NCBI GenBank assembly: GCA_045837725.1
Contig: JBEWZL010000008.1
Coordinates: 124,001 to 188,000, forward strand
Length of the DNA stretch: 64,000 nt
DNA from: Vermamoeba vermiformis
Taxonomy: Eukaryota
Direction: 5' to 3'
In this document: one piece after another, positions 36,762 to 50,601 of the stretch
Layout: the number at the start of each line of letters is the position of its first letter
Position numbering within the stretch: the first letter of the stretch is position 1
The notes under the pieces: generated by a model
Told to the model about the DNA's origin: nothing
Databases searched by the model: none
Seen by the model: the letters and a program-made list of their open reading frames with translations, nothing else
Program-made: the position numbers and the translations under genes

Positions 36762-37323
36762 GGCAGAATTGAGTTCTTGTGTGGTCGTCGGTTTTTTTAA
36801 CGGTCACTTTTTAGTTTTGTTGTTTTGTTTTGGCTATTTCCTTTTTCGGGCCGAAAATAACCTAGTATGACTTCTCAATCATCGATAATTGGTTGAACCC
36901 TAAAGCGAAGTTCTAAACATGGTAACGCAGATGAGATGAAATAATACAAAACTTTACTAATTTGGAATTGTAGATCATCGCATCACGCTGGATTCACTCC
37001 GACACCATCACGAAGTCCGTCTGTCCTTTGTGGACACTAAGCGAAGGATTCTACACACGTTCGTCGACCGCGATCAGTAAGCTGAAGAATTGGCGCCAAT
37101 TCTTTGTATTCAGAAGGTAGTTTGTTAGCGAGTAATGACTGATATGCTATATATATTATGGATATCTATCCAATAGTAAGCCAATTTTAGCTGTCATTAT
37201 CAGTTTGTGATCTAATTCTTGTGAATCGTCAGAAATTTCCGCCGCTACGTTACCATTGGTCAGTCCAAATAATGTGTGCGTATCTGTGACAGTTATTCAT
37301 TAATTCGGTTACAGCATGCAACA

Positions 37324-39812
37324 ATGAATAGTGCAGTACAATATGTAGCCTGTCGAAGAAATCGGTACATGTGGGGTCTGATTGCGTTGACCATCTACGT
37401 TGTTTTAATATTTTCTTTATTGAATAATCCTTCCTATTGGAATAAGTAAGTTATATTTCGGATAGTACTGATTGGTTCGATTTATTTTAAAAGTAATTAA
37501 AATGGATGGATGGAATATTCACTTCAATGTATCGGTTTTATCTTTGCTCATCGCTAATTATCTCCCACTGGAGCCACATATTTATATAATTTAAGAAATG
37601 ACCAACTACTGCGCACTTCTTCTTTTGGAAAAACTGATTATTTGCTTGTAGGCACAGATCGAGCCTAACGGAGGAACAAAAATCTTTTATTGCTTCAATA
37701 ACACACAGTAGTACGCGCTGGTGTCAAGTTGGATTTAATCCAGTAGCTATTCGAGAGTTTCTCGAGATCCAACGACAAGTATGTGATCCATCTGGCAAAC
37801 TGTCAATTAGCTAACAATAGAGAACGATATGAAATAACTTTTAATATTCATTATAACCTAATTTATGCAATTAGGCGACCGTATTCGGCTTTGAAACGTT
37901 TTTTGACGAGCGAGAAAGGAAGATCGCTACAGCGCTCACAAAAGAAACTAACGGGAAATTTGTTATGATAGCCGGAAATGTATTGCATAATATTAGAGCC
38001 CTATCAAGAGAATTCAGGTAATGGGCACATAAATTTCGTTTTTTTTCTGTTTTGTTTCCGATTGTTAATTAGATCTCATTTAGTCCTAACGGCTTTGCCA
38101 TTGGTCCTAAGACTACACCTCTTAAGGAACAATTTATTAAGAGAAAAGGCTATGCGACATTCCGAGACCTATTTATTGACGATGAAATCGGATTCGTTTG
38201 CGAGGTGATTCACTTTGAAGGTAGTACTGATTCTGTATATTATTATATCATTACTGATGAATAGATTCATCTATTAGCTGGAAGTTACGAAGACCTGCTT
38301 GCAGCAGCATTGTTATCGAACGAAAACACGAAAATATTTTCAATTAACAATCATGAAGCATTTGACCAGGCCCTGCAAGACAAAAGTAACATATTTGCAT
38401 CGTTTACATATGTGTTTATCTATATTCATATTGCTTGCAGCTGTTCTTCGGCTCAACGACGATAATTCCGTAGCTGGATTGAAGATCGGAACTTTTGCAA
38501 GGACTTATGGCCACACGAAGCTCAATGACGGACAGTTAAACACCGATGGACCACGTGACATTAGTGATTTAGTTCGTGAATTAAGGACATCGCTCAACAA
38601 CAGTAAGCTTGAACAAAAAAATCTCCGAGACCGAGATAGATTGACACGTGTCAAAAGGTTTGGCCCAAGTTGCCAGCGCGAACAAAATAGTCATATGGAT
38701 TCCAGTAGGCAATGCTCATCGCCGATATTTAGACATTTTGTATTGTTCACTGAAAAAGCACAAAGTGACCAATTACCTCTTCTTTGCACTCGACGAAGAC
38801 GTGTACCGCTATTTAATTTCGCAGAAAAGAAATGCTTATTATAATCCGCTGTGGTACGTACCACGAACTCAAATTCACACCTTCTAATCGTAACAATAAC
38901 TTTAAGGTACACGAGAATGGACGGTGGGCAAGGGTATCACATGTTCAACTATAACATCGTTATGCGCGAGCGATTTTCGATATTTTTGGACGTACTAGAA
39001 TTGGGCTACAACATTTTGATGCACGACACAGATATTTTTTGGGTAACCGGTAAAGCCGCATTAATCGGGTCATTATGTGAAATATCGTTATACTCACGCA
39101 AGCTAGACGTACTTCCTGATTTGGAGCGTGATCGCGCGGACATTGTGGCGCAACAAGACTCTTGGGAGATGGATGAATGGACTCGCGTCGTGTGCGGCGG
39201 ATTCGTGCTCTACAAAAGCAGGTCAAGTAAGTATCTCTATAATTAGCAACTATTATTGTCGAACATACAGGCGATAAATTTGTCTATAGACACTCACCAT
39301 AACGCGTTTTTACTTCTCGTAAATTTGACCTGGATGCAGATCCAGAAAAAAAAAACGAAATCTGTCTTCAAATATTGCATATTGATCTCTTAAACAATTA
39401 ATTATTACTATATGTTCCTTAGTTACCCTCGTTCGCCGTAAATAAGAGCGAAATCTGACGGCTAAATTTAGATGTCATTCAAGCAGTGCACGTGATGCAA
39501 CAAATGGCGTTTTATTTGCCCGAACAAGAAGACCAAGAGCTCAGCAACATGTTTTTCCACTCTGAAGACACGTGTTTGGTGCCATCGAGATCTACACTTG
39601 AAGAAACGTGTCCTGCGAGCAAAGGACACAAAATTACGGTGCAGTTCAAGGATATTAGAGAGTACGTTAGTGGTCATAATTACTGTAAAATTCACGAGCG
39701 ATGGGCCGCAGCTAATGTCGCGCCAAAAGTAATTCATCTTAACGGATCGAACAAACCGAAGTGCATTGCTGACTCGAAAGAGTGGGGCATTGAAATGTCT
39801 GGTCGCTGTTAG
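37324..39812 (+). CDS. type II membrane glycosyltransferase (nucleotide-diphospho-sugar transferase/GT77-like) with N-terminal extra domain
   Basis: N-terminal TM (WGLIALTIYVVLIFSLL); NYLFFALDEDVY; VLELGYNILMHDTDIFW (DxD); ADIVAQQD; VCGGFVLY; KVIHLNG. Confidence 0.78.
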
Positions 39813-39849
39813 ATAACTTGTACATAAATATAAATACCTATGTTGCCAA

Positions 39850-40112
39850 CTAAGACTTTCGACTTTCGACCTCGATCGCGACTGGTGCGTCAGTTACTGG
39901 CGATGTGACTGGTGAAGCGGCTGGTGGTTCAACAGAAGTGCGATAGGAGCAATAACTGGGCACGTTGCTGTAAAGTCTACAGCGGCCTTGGTGCATTGGC
40001 CAGAAGGACATCCAACGCCACAAAGTTTGGCGTTGCAGCACCACTTGGCACGTACTTTATCGGATACAAAATGCTCGTTGAGCGCTACAGCACCACATAT
40101 AAAATTTTGCAA
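39850..40112 (-). pseudogene. possible frameshifted fragment of a Cys-rich, P/T-stalk surface protein
   Basis: Cys-rich frame (WCCNAKLCGVGCPSGQC..TCPVIAP) shifts to a PPAASPVTSPVTDAPVA frame resembling the stalks of neighbouring genes; no clear start. Confidence 0.3.
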
Positions 40113-40191
40113 CCTTCCAACAAAAATAAATTTGAATTGCCTTTATAGTAAAATCCGACTTCAAGAGGATCCGACCGTCGTAGTGACGCAT

Positions 40192-41081
40192 CTAAGCCAA
40201 CATCAACAATACTGGAACCAATACCATAGAACTGACCACCACGTGCACAGCTGGACTAGCTTTCTTCGCGGGTGTTTGGCTGGGCGTGGATGGAGCAGGG
40301 CCTGATTGGCCTGGAGTTGAACCAGTTGGTCCAGAAGAGCCGCAGAGCACCTTAATATCGAATGTAGCATTGCCACACTCGCCGCTATTGTATTGTTTAA
40401 TGCTGGTACTGTCGTTGGCGAGGCAAGTGCTCAAGTTAGCGTAGATCGCGAGCGAAACTTGATTATTCAAGCAAGTGCCGAAAGACGTGATAGCAGAGAA
40501 GTAGCCAGAAAAACAAGTCATTGGCGGAGCTGTCGTGGCAAAGATTAACCAGTGAACTTGCTTGAAAAAAAAACGGCAAAACCGATCCCATCGAATCTAA
40601 ATTTGGCCGATTGAATTTTAAATCAACATACCAACCAATACGTTGACGTAACCTTGTCCAACAGTGCAAGTGGTATTAGTAGACTCGTAGTAATATTGGT
40701 AAACAGTTCCAGCAGGAAGGTTATTCGGATTGAACGGATCTGCATCAAAACATTCGTCGTTGATGTAAAGACCATTTTGCTCTGGAGAGCATCCTACAAG
40801 CGAATCCCTGCAGCCCTACGGAAGAAAATAAATGAGTTATAATTAACCAAATATTTAAAAATTAATATTAATTTATAGTTCTTACAGGACCTCGGGTAAT
40901 AGCGTAACCGCCTGTCGCATTTTTGCAAAACTCGTCGTAGTAGGACGTAACCTTCTTAAATTGGCCATACGCAGGCGCGATGGCCAAAAGCAAAAGTAGT
41001 GCGCAGCAAAGAGCTTTAAACTGAAACAAAATGATTAGAACGCAATCGTTTATCGCGATCGAAAAGATATAATATTACCAT
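40192..41081 (-). CDS. secreted/GPI-anchored surface protein, paralog of 35825-36761
   Basis: ATG-only first exon, signal peptide FKALCCALLLLLAIAPAYGQ, TSYYDEFC..TGGY (cf. TTYTDSQC..NGGF), TCFSG (cf. TCFAG), QTPAKKAS, hydrophobic tail. Confidence 0.75.
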
Positions 41082-41443
41082 TTTGAATACTGGGTAGTAG
41101 TTGAGTGCTGCAATTGAGATGAAAAATGTCCAACCGAAAGTTTTGGTACACTTTGAAACTTCTAAATTTAGCCTAGGAATTTAAAATCGCGTTGATCGAG
41201 CAACGATTATTCATTAACATTGCACTATACTGTAGTTGCGAGCACCAGACTATCGGATGTGTTTGTTGGTGTTCAGTAGCCTCGTCGATTAATTAAGGAA
41301 TCGTCCTTGTGTGGCACAAATATATGTATTTGACGCCGAATCTAATGTAACAATAGATATGCCTCGTGCCTAGTATATTCGTTAAAATAATTATTTACTT
41401 ACAAAAAAGAAAAACTCGACATAATTTGGCGCGATCTGAACTT

Positions 41444-42560
41444 CTAATTTTCAGCTTCAATGCTCTTAATCGAGGTCCTAAGAGGTTCTAATGCACCCTT
41501 CAATTCATCAGCGAGCGATAACAGCACACCACAGTTCGCATCTGGTTCAGCCAATAGGGTAATAATCAGAGGAGTGTGGTTAATGTGCACGAACAGTCTG
41601 TTGTCGAAGAATGTTGTCAACGTCTTGTTCTTGCCGAGGCCGCACTTGCTTGCCTAATTAGGAAATAAACGGTTAGTACTGCGCTTTGAATTATTGGTCC
41701 AAACATTGACACGAGCAGATCGAATAATTTCCGATTTTTAAGTCAGGTTTGATTGATTATGCGAGCTCATACGCACATAATAAGATATAATATTATATAG
41801 CAAATATTATATTATAATTAAGCAATATAAGCGGTTCAATAATAAGACCAACGCAAATCCGTAATTTTGAAAGATCTAGATATTTGGCTTTGATATGATG
41901 TTATTACCTGATCAGCAGCTGTTGCAAATACGGTGCATAATGTATTTTCTGCATTCAATTCTTCTCCTGCTCCTGATTGCGCTAATGTGGTGTTAGTCGA
42001 TCGTTTTCATGATTAATTGATCTTTCTGGCCTAATTATTATTGTTATAATCGTACTATATCATTGCGCGATACAACATCTTATTAACTAAATTAATAGTG
42101 AGGTTTAGATCCGCGGCCTCATTCGAATGATGCCAAATTTAATAATCATCATTTATATTGCTTTGTATTAATTATTGGTGTGCTTTAGATAATTTTTGAC
42201 CTTACCTGTCAGCAGGGAAACGCCATCACGATCTGAAACTAAAATTGCTTGTAATCCTTGGACTCTATATTTGGAATAATATTATTAAAAATACAAACTA
42301 TTTATAAGACAGTGTTTTATAGGAGCCAGAATGTAACAGGAGTATAGAATGGGATAAAAAATAAATAAAATTAATAATCAAAAAATATCTAGCGATGCCT
42401 TCACTTAACACTCATAATAGTCCTAGTCGTTAGGATAATTACCTTTCGATAACCTTTTCTAAAAATAATTGAATATCGTCATTGTTTCCCTGTGAAACAA
42501 AACAAGATCAGATCTCGATCAACTGCGAAAATCCAAGCCAACTACCTTTCGCTCCTCCAT
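41444..42560 (-). CDS. LAMTOR3: Ragulator subunit LAMTOR3 (MP1)
   Basis: VQGLQAILVSDRDGV; FATAADQASKCGLGKNKTLTTFFD; HINHTPLIITLLAEPDANCGVLLSL..ELKGALEPLR. Confidence 0.9.
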
Positions 42561-42776
42561 GATTATATATTATGTACACTATTATGATTTAAATACAGAT
42601 AACTGACAAAAAATTGACGCGGACATAGCCCGTCGAGATTTCCTTTAGTTACATGCTACGCAGACTGTTTCAAAGATAAAACGCCAGACGTCTGTTCCCT
42701 TTTGTATCGTCACAACATCCACACTAACAACACAAAAGATCTTTATTTAATCTACAGTTGTCAACTTTGTGCCAGG

Positions 42777-44612
42777 ATGGAGGGACGCAACAAGACAAAA
42801 GAAGAATCCGCTATTTGGTGGACAATCGTCCTCGCCTGTATCAGATGGCTTTCCCTATCTCGCTTCGTGCTCGTTAATTTTGATGATGGCGGGGCCGAAT
42901 GGGGCTCACTTAGGCAGTAAGTGTCAAAAGTCAAATCTGTTTTGAGATTCGAAAAAGAAAATCGTTAGTACTAACGATTTTATTAATATTGTAAAAAATA
43001 GACGCTTCCGAAGACTTGGCGTGCATATTTTTACCGTCGACGGCGTCACCATCTTTCAATTAAGCCGAAATCCGGCGGCTGACCTGTTGGCCAAAGGCAA
43101 AAATGCTAAAAGGCAAATACAGCTCTGGGGTAAGTCGATCAACTTCGATTTTTCAAACACTACTAACTTATTAAAGAATACGGCCGTACCGAGCACCCTT
43201 ACGAAGGCGAGGTTTGGATTGAAGAAGTCCCTCATCTCACTGCCGATGAGAAACGAGTTCTCACTCAAATTCGTAGCGACTCGAAAGATACAAAAATCTT
43301 TTGTAAGCTTGGCAAAGAAAGAACCAGCGAAAAGCAGTACGTGTTCCGAAAGGTGATGGATCAGGAGAGGGTAAACACCTTGGAGCCCTCTGAAGCTGAA
43401 ATACCCTCCACGATGCGCAACACAGCTACTACTAATTTATCCGGCCTGTCTCGCGGCGACGGCACGAGGCCTTTACATTACATCGCTTCGACTCCTAGCT
43501 ACTGTTCTGGCCCTCTTCACCCCTCGAATAACTCCAACTGCCGCACGGTAACTGCTGGCACGGAAATGACGAACAATAGGCCGGTCAACTACACGCCAGT
43601 CCAAGCCAGTAGTCCGTACTACAGCGCGCCCCCACAATACTCTACTTACGCCCCCGTACCGCATGCCAACGTTAACAAGCCAACACCGCAAGCACATCGC
43701 AACACAACAGCACTCTCACACAGCATGGAGGTCAAGGTGAGTGCACCACCAAGCACTCAAGTGACACCTGTCAACACTGCTCCAGTGCTGTTAGTCAAAG
43801 AACGACCTGTCAACACCTTGCCGTCACAACACTCTACTACTAGTGCTGCCGTAGTGCCGCGTGTCAATGCCACACCTGCAACACAACCACTGCAGTCCAT
43901 GACTCGTGGAATGGCCATCAAGCGTCGTATTGTAGGCACGGACCCGAACGACTTCCTTCCAAACAAGAAAAGAAAACTGAACCCAGACGAGAACACTCCT
44001 CCCAACAGCGCTACTCAGAGCAGCAATGCTCGCGGAGGCTCTGTCCAACGAGCTACAAAGCGAAAGTTGGACGCGCAACAAATTAAGGCCTTAGTTGCCA
44101 GACCACCCGAATCTCGTTCTAAGCCTCAGCCTCAAGCAAAAGCCACTGTACTTAGTTCTCAACAACCAAAGGAGGGCTCACTAATACGTGAGCATGTGAC
44201 GTCCACGCCGTTAACTCACTATGCCGATCCGAATCCAGTGAAGTACGCGCGAGATATCCTTGACACAAAGTCGCAGAACACTAGTGCCGAAGTACACTTA
44301 GTCGTTGACAATAGCCTGCTACAAGAATACTTCAACAGCGACCTGTTCTTGCAATTCCCTTCCAGCCCGCCCAACACTCACGTCGAGCAATCTATTGAAG
44401 CCGTCCACGAGGGCCATGCTCGAGTGGAGGAAGCAGGGAATATGCTATTTAGAACAGGATCTCAATTGCCAGATACTGAAATACCGAATAACGGAGTGTA
44501 CGTATTCTTACTTCTTTGTTAGATCCGAATAACCTTATTAATATTTTGTTAATAGACTAAGCGACTCCGAATATTCGGAACTCGGTGCAAATGCATCAGA
44601 GTTTGACCAACG
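42777..44612 (+). CDS. uncharacterised S/T/P-rich protein with NLS-like motifs; 3' end runs into the C-rich region
   Basis: Exons join in frame into the 393-aa ORF 43341-44522; PNKKRKL and TKRKL motifs. Confidence 0.6.
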
Positions 44613-44699
44613 GTACGAGCTCATGTGAGCCGGTTAAAAGCTCAACCTTTGATGGATGCAGGCCTGCAAGATACTAGTGTTAAAATACTACGCTTGCTG

Positions 44700-45215
44700 G
44701 AATGTATTCGCAGAGGTTTGAGGTAACCGAAGCTCATCATTAACAATCGAACACTTATCAACACCACTTAAGAGGCGAGGGGGGGGCGTTACACCACTAC
44801 TCTTATGAATGGAGATTGCACTCCACCTAACAACCAAATCTCAGAACTTTTTGTCGAATGTTCTAAACAACTCATCTTTTTTCAAGTCATTACAACTATC
44901 AACAACACTCACCTGTAAATATTGTGCACAACATCATTTTATATGCGAACCGAGAGGCGGCGCGAGGCCGGTACAGGGGCCCCGCGCGGCGCGGCGATCA
45001 AAAATCGCCCCCTAACACCCCTTCTAGACCTACCAGCCACGTCCTAGCCCCCCCCTCCCCCCCCCTCCCGCCCAACTCGGAGCCCGCACCCCGCCCTCGA
45101 GCGAGCCCCTCCGCGCCCCGCCCTCCCCCCCGGCTACCCACCGTCCCCCCCGCCCCCTCCACCGCCCCCCGACTCCCCCCCTCCGCCCCCCCCCCCCCCC
45201 CATCGGCGCCAACGA

Positions 45216-45247
<32 letters not shown>

Positions 45248-47800
45248 CACCCCCCCCCCCCCCCCCTCCACTACTTCCTATCTTAAATTTACTAATTCCT
45301 CGCCCCCCAACACTCTTTCCTATACCCCTCCCCCACCCCTCGCTCCGCCTACTGCCTTCCCCCCTCCCCCGCGCCCCCCCACTCTCACGAACCCCCCCCC
45401 TTCCTCTCTCCCGACCCCCTCCCCGCGAAATACTAAAACCCATCCACACCCCCCCCTCATATCCTATGAGAATTATCGCTTCTTTACTCTTCCCCCCCCC
45501 CCACGCTCCCCCCCCCCAAAAGAAGATACCTTGACCCCCCCCCCCCCCCCCCCCCCCCACTCCAATATTCACCCCCCCCCCCCCCCCCCCCCCTCCCCCC
45601 CCCCCCCCCCCCCCCCTCTTATTCGATCCCCATCCCAGGCCGGCCAGCCCCCCCCCCCCCTCCCCCCCCCCCCCTCCCCCCCGCCCCTCACCGCCCATTA
45701 AAGGATACCGCCGGCTGGATGGCTCCGCCCCCCCCCGCCCCCCCCCGCCCCCTTCCTCGAGACCCAACCGCTCCCCTCCACCACCCCCTTCACCCCGCCT
45801 CCCCCCCCCGACTCCAAAAATGCCTACCGGAGGAGAAGCAGGCACGTACTCCAGGCAGATATATCCGTGGCGCCCTCCCCGCCCGGGGCGGGCGCCCTAT
45901 ACAATTGAACCAACCTCCCTTGGGGCCTTATCTCTCCTGGTCCGAAACCGGCTCCGCCGCAGAAGAAGTCCCTACAAACGCCCTCCGCTCACCCCCCCCC
46001 CCCCTCAACGCAAACACCCCCCCCCCAAGACTCCTCCCCCCAACCAGGCCCAGATATACTCCCTGCGCGCCACCCTCCCCCCCCCTACCTCCAAACCCGC
46101 ATGACCAACCGCCCCCGAACCCCCCGTTTATAAACCCAACCCCCCCCCCAACCCCCCGCACCCCCCTATCAATATCCCCCGCCCTCCTCCCCACCCCCTT
46201 CCAATCACTACCCCGAGCATCCCCCCCCCCCCGCCCCCCCCCTCAAGCTCCCCCCCCCGCGCAAGTCGGAAGACGCCCCCCCCCCCCAACCCCCCCCCGG
46301 CGCCAGCTCCCGCCCCGGGACCCCCCCCCCCCCGATCCCCCCCCCCCCCGGACCCCCCCGAGGAAACCCCCCCCCTCCAAACCCCCCCCGGAACTCCCCC
46401 CGCCCGCCCCCCCCCCGCCCCCCCCCCCCCCCCCCCCCCTCCCCCCCCCCCCCGCCCCCCCCCGCCCCCCCCCCCCCCCCCCCCCCCCCCCCACCCCGCC
46501 CCCCCCCACCCCCCCCCCCCCCCCCCCCCCCCCCCTCCCCCAATGCCCGCCCCCCCCGCTGCCTCCCCCGCGGGCAACCCTCCCCTCTATAGCCCCTACA
46601 CACTAGCCTGAGAAATCGACCCCAGCATCAACCCCCCCCCCCCCCTATCCCCATGCCCCCCGGCACGCGGACGGCCCTCCCCCGCTACGCCCCCCTGGTC
46701 GTCGCTCAATACGCCAAACACCCCGGATCCCCGTAGAAATCCCCCCCCTCCCGAGCCGGGCCCCCCCCGCGAGCCCCCCAATTCAGACCCTATCCCCCCC
46801 CCCCTTCGGCACGTGGAGAGGCCGTATCAAAAAGAGCTAAACCAACAAAATCAAATTTACCGCGGCCGGGAGACACCCCCGCGGCCCGCCTCTCGGAGCC
46901 AGAGAGCCAGCACCCGCCTATGGGGCGAAGGCAGCAGCGTGGCGTGGGTATATTTATCTTAATGCCTTTCACCATGAACAGAGTCCGTCGTATGAAGCTC
47001 AAGTTTACCGGGGCGAGAGATGGCACGAACCACCTAACCTCCACGAGGAAATCCAAGCCCTCCTCAACATCGCCAAAACTTAGCGGAGGCGAAACCTTCC
47101 TCAGCCGGAAAGCAATTTCTCGCGACGTTCGTTCGGACTAACCGATGCTGCTCTGGACTAGGCCTCGAACATCGCCTGCTGAAATCCCTGACGATATGCC
47201 AGAGTCCCCCTTCTTCCCCCCCAATCCTCAACACATTCTTCATCCGGCCTGCCTTCGCCCGCAGCAACGTTTATGACCCTGCCCGCTCTGAAACTCGCGA
47301 CGTTACGCCCCGCCCCCTACTCAGAGCTTTGCAACAACATTGCTCCGCGAAAGGCCAACGCCCAGGAGAGCAATCTTTGGTGAGAGAGCGCTAGAAGGGG
47401 GGGGAAGACTCGGATTATCCCTACGAGTGATTGCCCCTCTTACCAAATTTTTGGTGCCCTGGTGCCCAGAGATGACATTTTTCTCTTTTATGGTGGCCCT
47501 CTCCGGCCAAACCCTTATTTAATTGGCCTGATGACTTTGCTCTTTTTAGATTCTGGCTCCCTCTGCCCTCCCCCAACAACAACAACGATATATCTTGTGG
47601 ATCGATATTTTTCTATTTTTTATTTTGGTCGTTGCCGACAGGCAGGAGTGATTTATAGATGAGATTTGAGTGGAACCCCTAAAGGGTATGTATTGAATTT
47701 TGGCATTTTAAAGGTTTTGATTAGTCCTCCCCCCCATACCCCCTATGATGCTTTATAGGACTTTTATTTCATTGAGGCTCTGTGTAACGTCCCTGTTAAT
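44700..47800. other. C-homopolymer-rich low-complexity segment, probable low-quality assembly
   Basis: Irregular poly-C runs without periodicity, extreme strand bias, composition unlike the rest of the window, gradual degradation at both edges. Confidence 0.75.
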
Positions 47801-47957
47801 CGTTTCTAAAATGAGATTTTCTTGTGTTTTGTATTAGCTTTTTGAAAATTTCCGAATAAGAATGATACAGCCAGCGGCATTTTTTCGTTAGCAACAAACT
47901 ACCAACAACTGTAAATACAATATTTTTTTTTCTTTAAAACAAAAGTGTAACCAGTAG

Positions 47958-49901
47958 ATGTCAGTAAAACCCACAGAATTATTATTACTGCAAGAGCATT
48001 TAGAAGCAAAGACACCTGATTCTCCTAAATTATCTCCTGCTAACGATGTAGGTTTATAAGCTATAACTGCTGCAACAATACCAAAAATCTTAATTTGATC
48101 TCTTTCAAAAATTCAAATTAATTCTATTAATTCGATAAATTATGTTACGAACGATAGTAAATTGTTTATTATTGATGTGCACCATAATTCTAATTTTTGA
48201 ACCAAAAGGAACCTCGGCCGTCAATTTCAGGAGAATGGCAACGCGCTCAATTAGACGCAGTTAATCCAAATGCATTATTTTTGAAAGGAAATAATTTAGT
48301 TAAAGAAGTAGAACACGTTAAAGGTAATTTCAAAGCAGAACTTTCCGATCTGTCAAATTGATCTTCGCTCTAATTAATTTTTTAACCTTCCCATATTGAC
48401 GAAATTGAACTCGAATTATATAATAATATACGAAATTATTCTTCCCAAGATCTTATACTTTTGAAAACAATCTAATCGTGTATGTCCCGCACTTTAGAGG
48501 GCACTCAATCAATGCTAGTCGTGAATGGAATAGTTTGGATAGGCTGTTGCGATGGTACTCTAGCTCTATTTGATATACGCGTAAGTTCTGGTTCGTTAAT
48601 TAATCTAGCAAGCCAAGCCAGATCTCCAAAAGATCCGGATCAACGCAGCTTTGCAAAATTCAATACCGGGTACTTGTGGTAGTATTAATGCCAATTTTAT
48701 TATAGAGCGGCAAGAAATTAGGATCGCGTCAAGCACATAAAGGAAGAATATTTGCAATGTGTCTCGTTAATTCAGCTGGAAATGATTTACAAGTGTGGAC
48801 TGCATCCGACGACAATAAGATCAAAATTTGGAATTATAGAGCTATGCTAGTACACCAGATTAATATTCCAATTAGGTACGTATTTAATACTAGTTTTTTC
48901 CGGATCTGAAATAACTTTTTTTCGAAGAATGTCATGCCTGTTACATTTTCATGAAACGGAAATTTGGGTGGGTGCCATCGACTCGTGTATAAATATCTAC
49001 GATACCAAGGTAAATTTTAAAAATCTACGTTTTTCTCGTGCAATTTGCTGATCCATTGTAACAACAGACGTTCGAACTGAAAACACAACTGAAATTCGAT
49101 TCATCAATTTCTATTCGTCATTTATTCAAGCACAAGCACTTAATATGGGTGTGCACGGAAGATCACGTGATCAGAATTCATAGCAGGGCAAGTATTGAAA
49201 ACACTTTCACGATGACTTGGACACGATGCTGATCGGTTACTAAATAACTCCTTATAAATTTGTTTATTATTTTATATTAAGGCCGCAAAGCCTTAGTACA
49301 AATATCAAAACTAATGTATTTCGTTAATTATAGACGCATCAAACAGTCGGTGAAGTTGACGGATCAAAAGTGAATAAAATAGTGCAAGTCAGTTCCACCG
49401 AACTCTGGGGCGGTAGTTCAGATACAACAATTAAAATATGGGACGCGGAAGTACGTAACATAATATGCAACTCTAATTTGATTATTGTAAACTTACGGTA
49501 TACCCCAGACGGGACGCGTGAAAAAAGTTATTCAAGCACACGACGGCCACGTGTTCTCGCTGCTATATTTCAATGGATTCGTTTGGAGTGCCGGATGGGA
49601 CAAAACTATGCGAATATGGAACACTAAGGTAATATTACTTATTAGTTTGTGGTGATTGAAGATCCGGATCTCGGGCTTTTTTTTGATCTGACCAGCTATT
49701 CTAACGCCTTAATAACACTAGACATATGAAATGGTCTCGCAATTACAAACCAAACACGATGTAATTAGTTCAGTGATATTAGTCCCGAACAAAGTTCGAG
49801 TCAGATCTGCCGAATCAACCGCAGCAGCACAAGATGAATACACTGATTTGTATACTATTTGGTCGGGCTCTTGGAACGGAAATGTATTTATTTGGTTGTA
49901 A
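47958..49901 (+). CDS. WD40-repeat protein (multi-exon)
   Basis: VWIGCCDGTLALFD; VWTASDDNKIKIWN; LWGGSSDTTIKIWD; AHDGHVFSL..VWSAGWDKTMRIWN; IWSGSWNGNVFIW. Confidence 0.88.
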
Positions 49902-50316
49902 TAGATTGAATACTAAGTAGTTAGTTAACACTTAACGTAGTTTTTGCGATCGACGGATCCTTCGGACTATAATCCACAAGGACAAATTAATTTTATTTTA
50001 CTCGGGTTCTTCATTTTATTTTGCATCACTAACACACCACAAGGTGCATCTAGTTCGTATAAATCTCATTCGGGTCGGAAATATGACGTTTTGGTGCGAA
50101 GAAGTTGGTACATTTCTGGTCAAGTAAACCAGCGAAGCTTAGAATATTCTTTGCCTATCTTATTTAAAACATACACAGTGTTTTACGCAATTTGGCAAAT
50201 TCGTGCCGAAGAAATATTTGGCCGAAAATTTATTGGGATTGCCAAAAAAAGATCCGTACGAAATTTTTTCGTTTCAAACTCAATAATTTTCCAGAACAAC
50301 ACAACTCACTTCAAAG

Positions 50317-50601
50317 ATGGGCTCTGGATCAAGTTCAAACACTAATTATCAAGTTGTTAGCAGCTCTGGAATTCACCCTTGGGGGAACGGCGACGGTACT
50401 GGTGACACCGGTTTTACTCTTGCCTCTGGCAATGACACTGGTGATGGTACTTCCAACGAAAACGACAACATTGGAACGCGAGAGGACCCTAATAGTAGAA
50501 CTCCCGGTGCCACGAGGTACTAAATCCGTTTTTCAAAAAAACGAGGATTTAAGACTCACCGAGTCAAATGTAACATTAATAGATACTTGTATAAGGCTTG
50601 A
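50317..50601 (+). CDS. small putatively myristoylated G/D/T-rich protein
   Basis: MGSGSS start, GDGT repeats, plausible intron 50517-50582; no recognisable domain. Confidence 0.4.

Noticed and set aside
44610-44735. Polylinker-like strings (GGTACGAGCTC, GCAGGCCTGCA, ACTAGT)
   Set aside because: Imperfect and not in vector order; GTACGA fits a splice donor of the upstream gene.
44924-46781. Proline-rich and glycine-rich ORFs on both strands (formin/extensin-like appearance)
   Set aside because: By-products of C-homopolymer runs that lack stop codons; no domain, splice structure or codon pattern.
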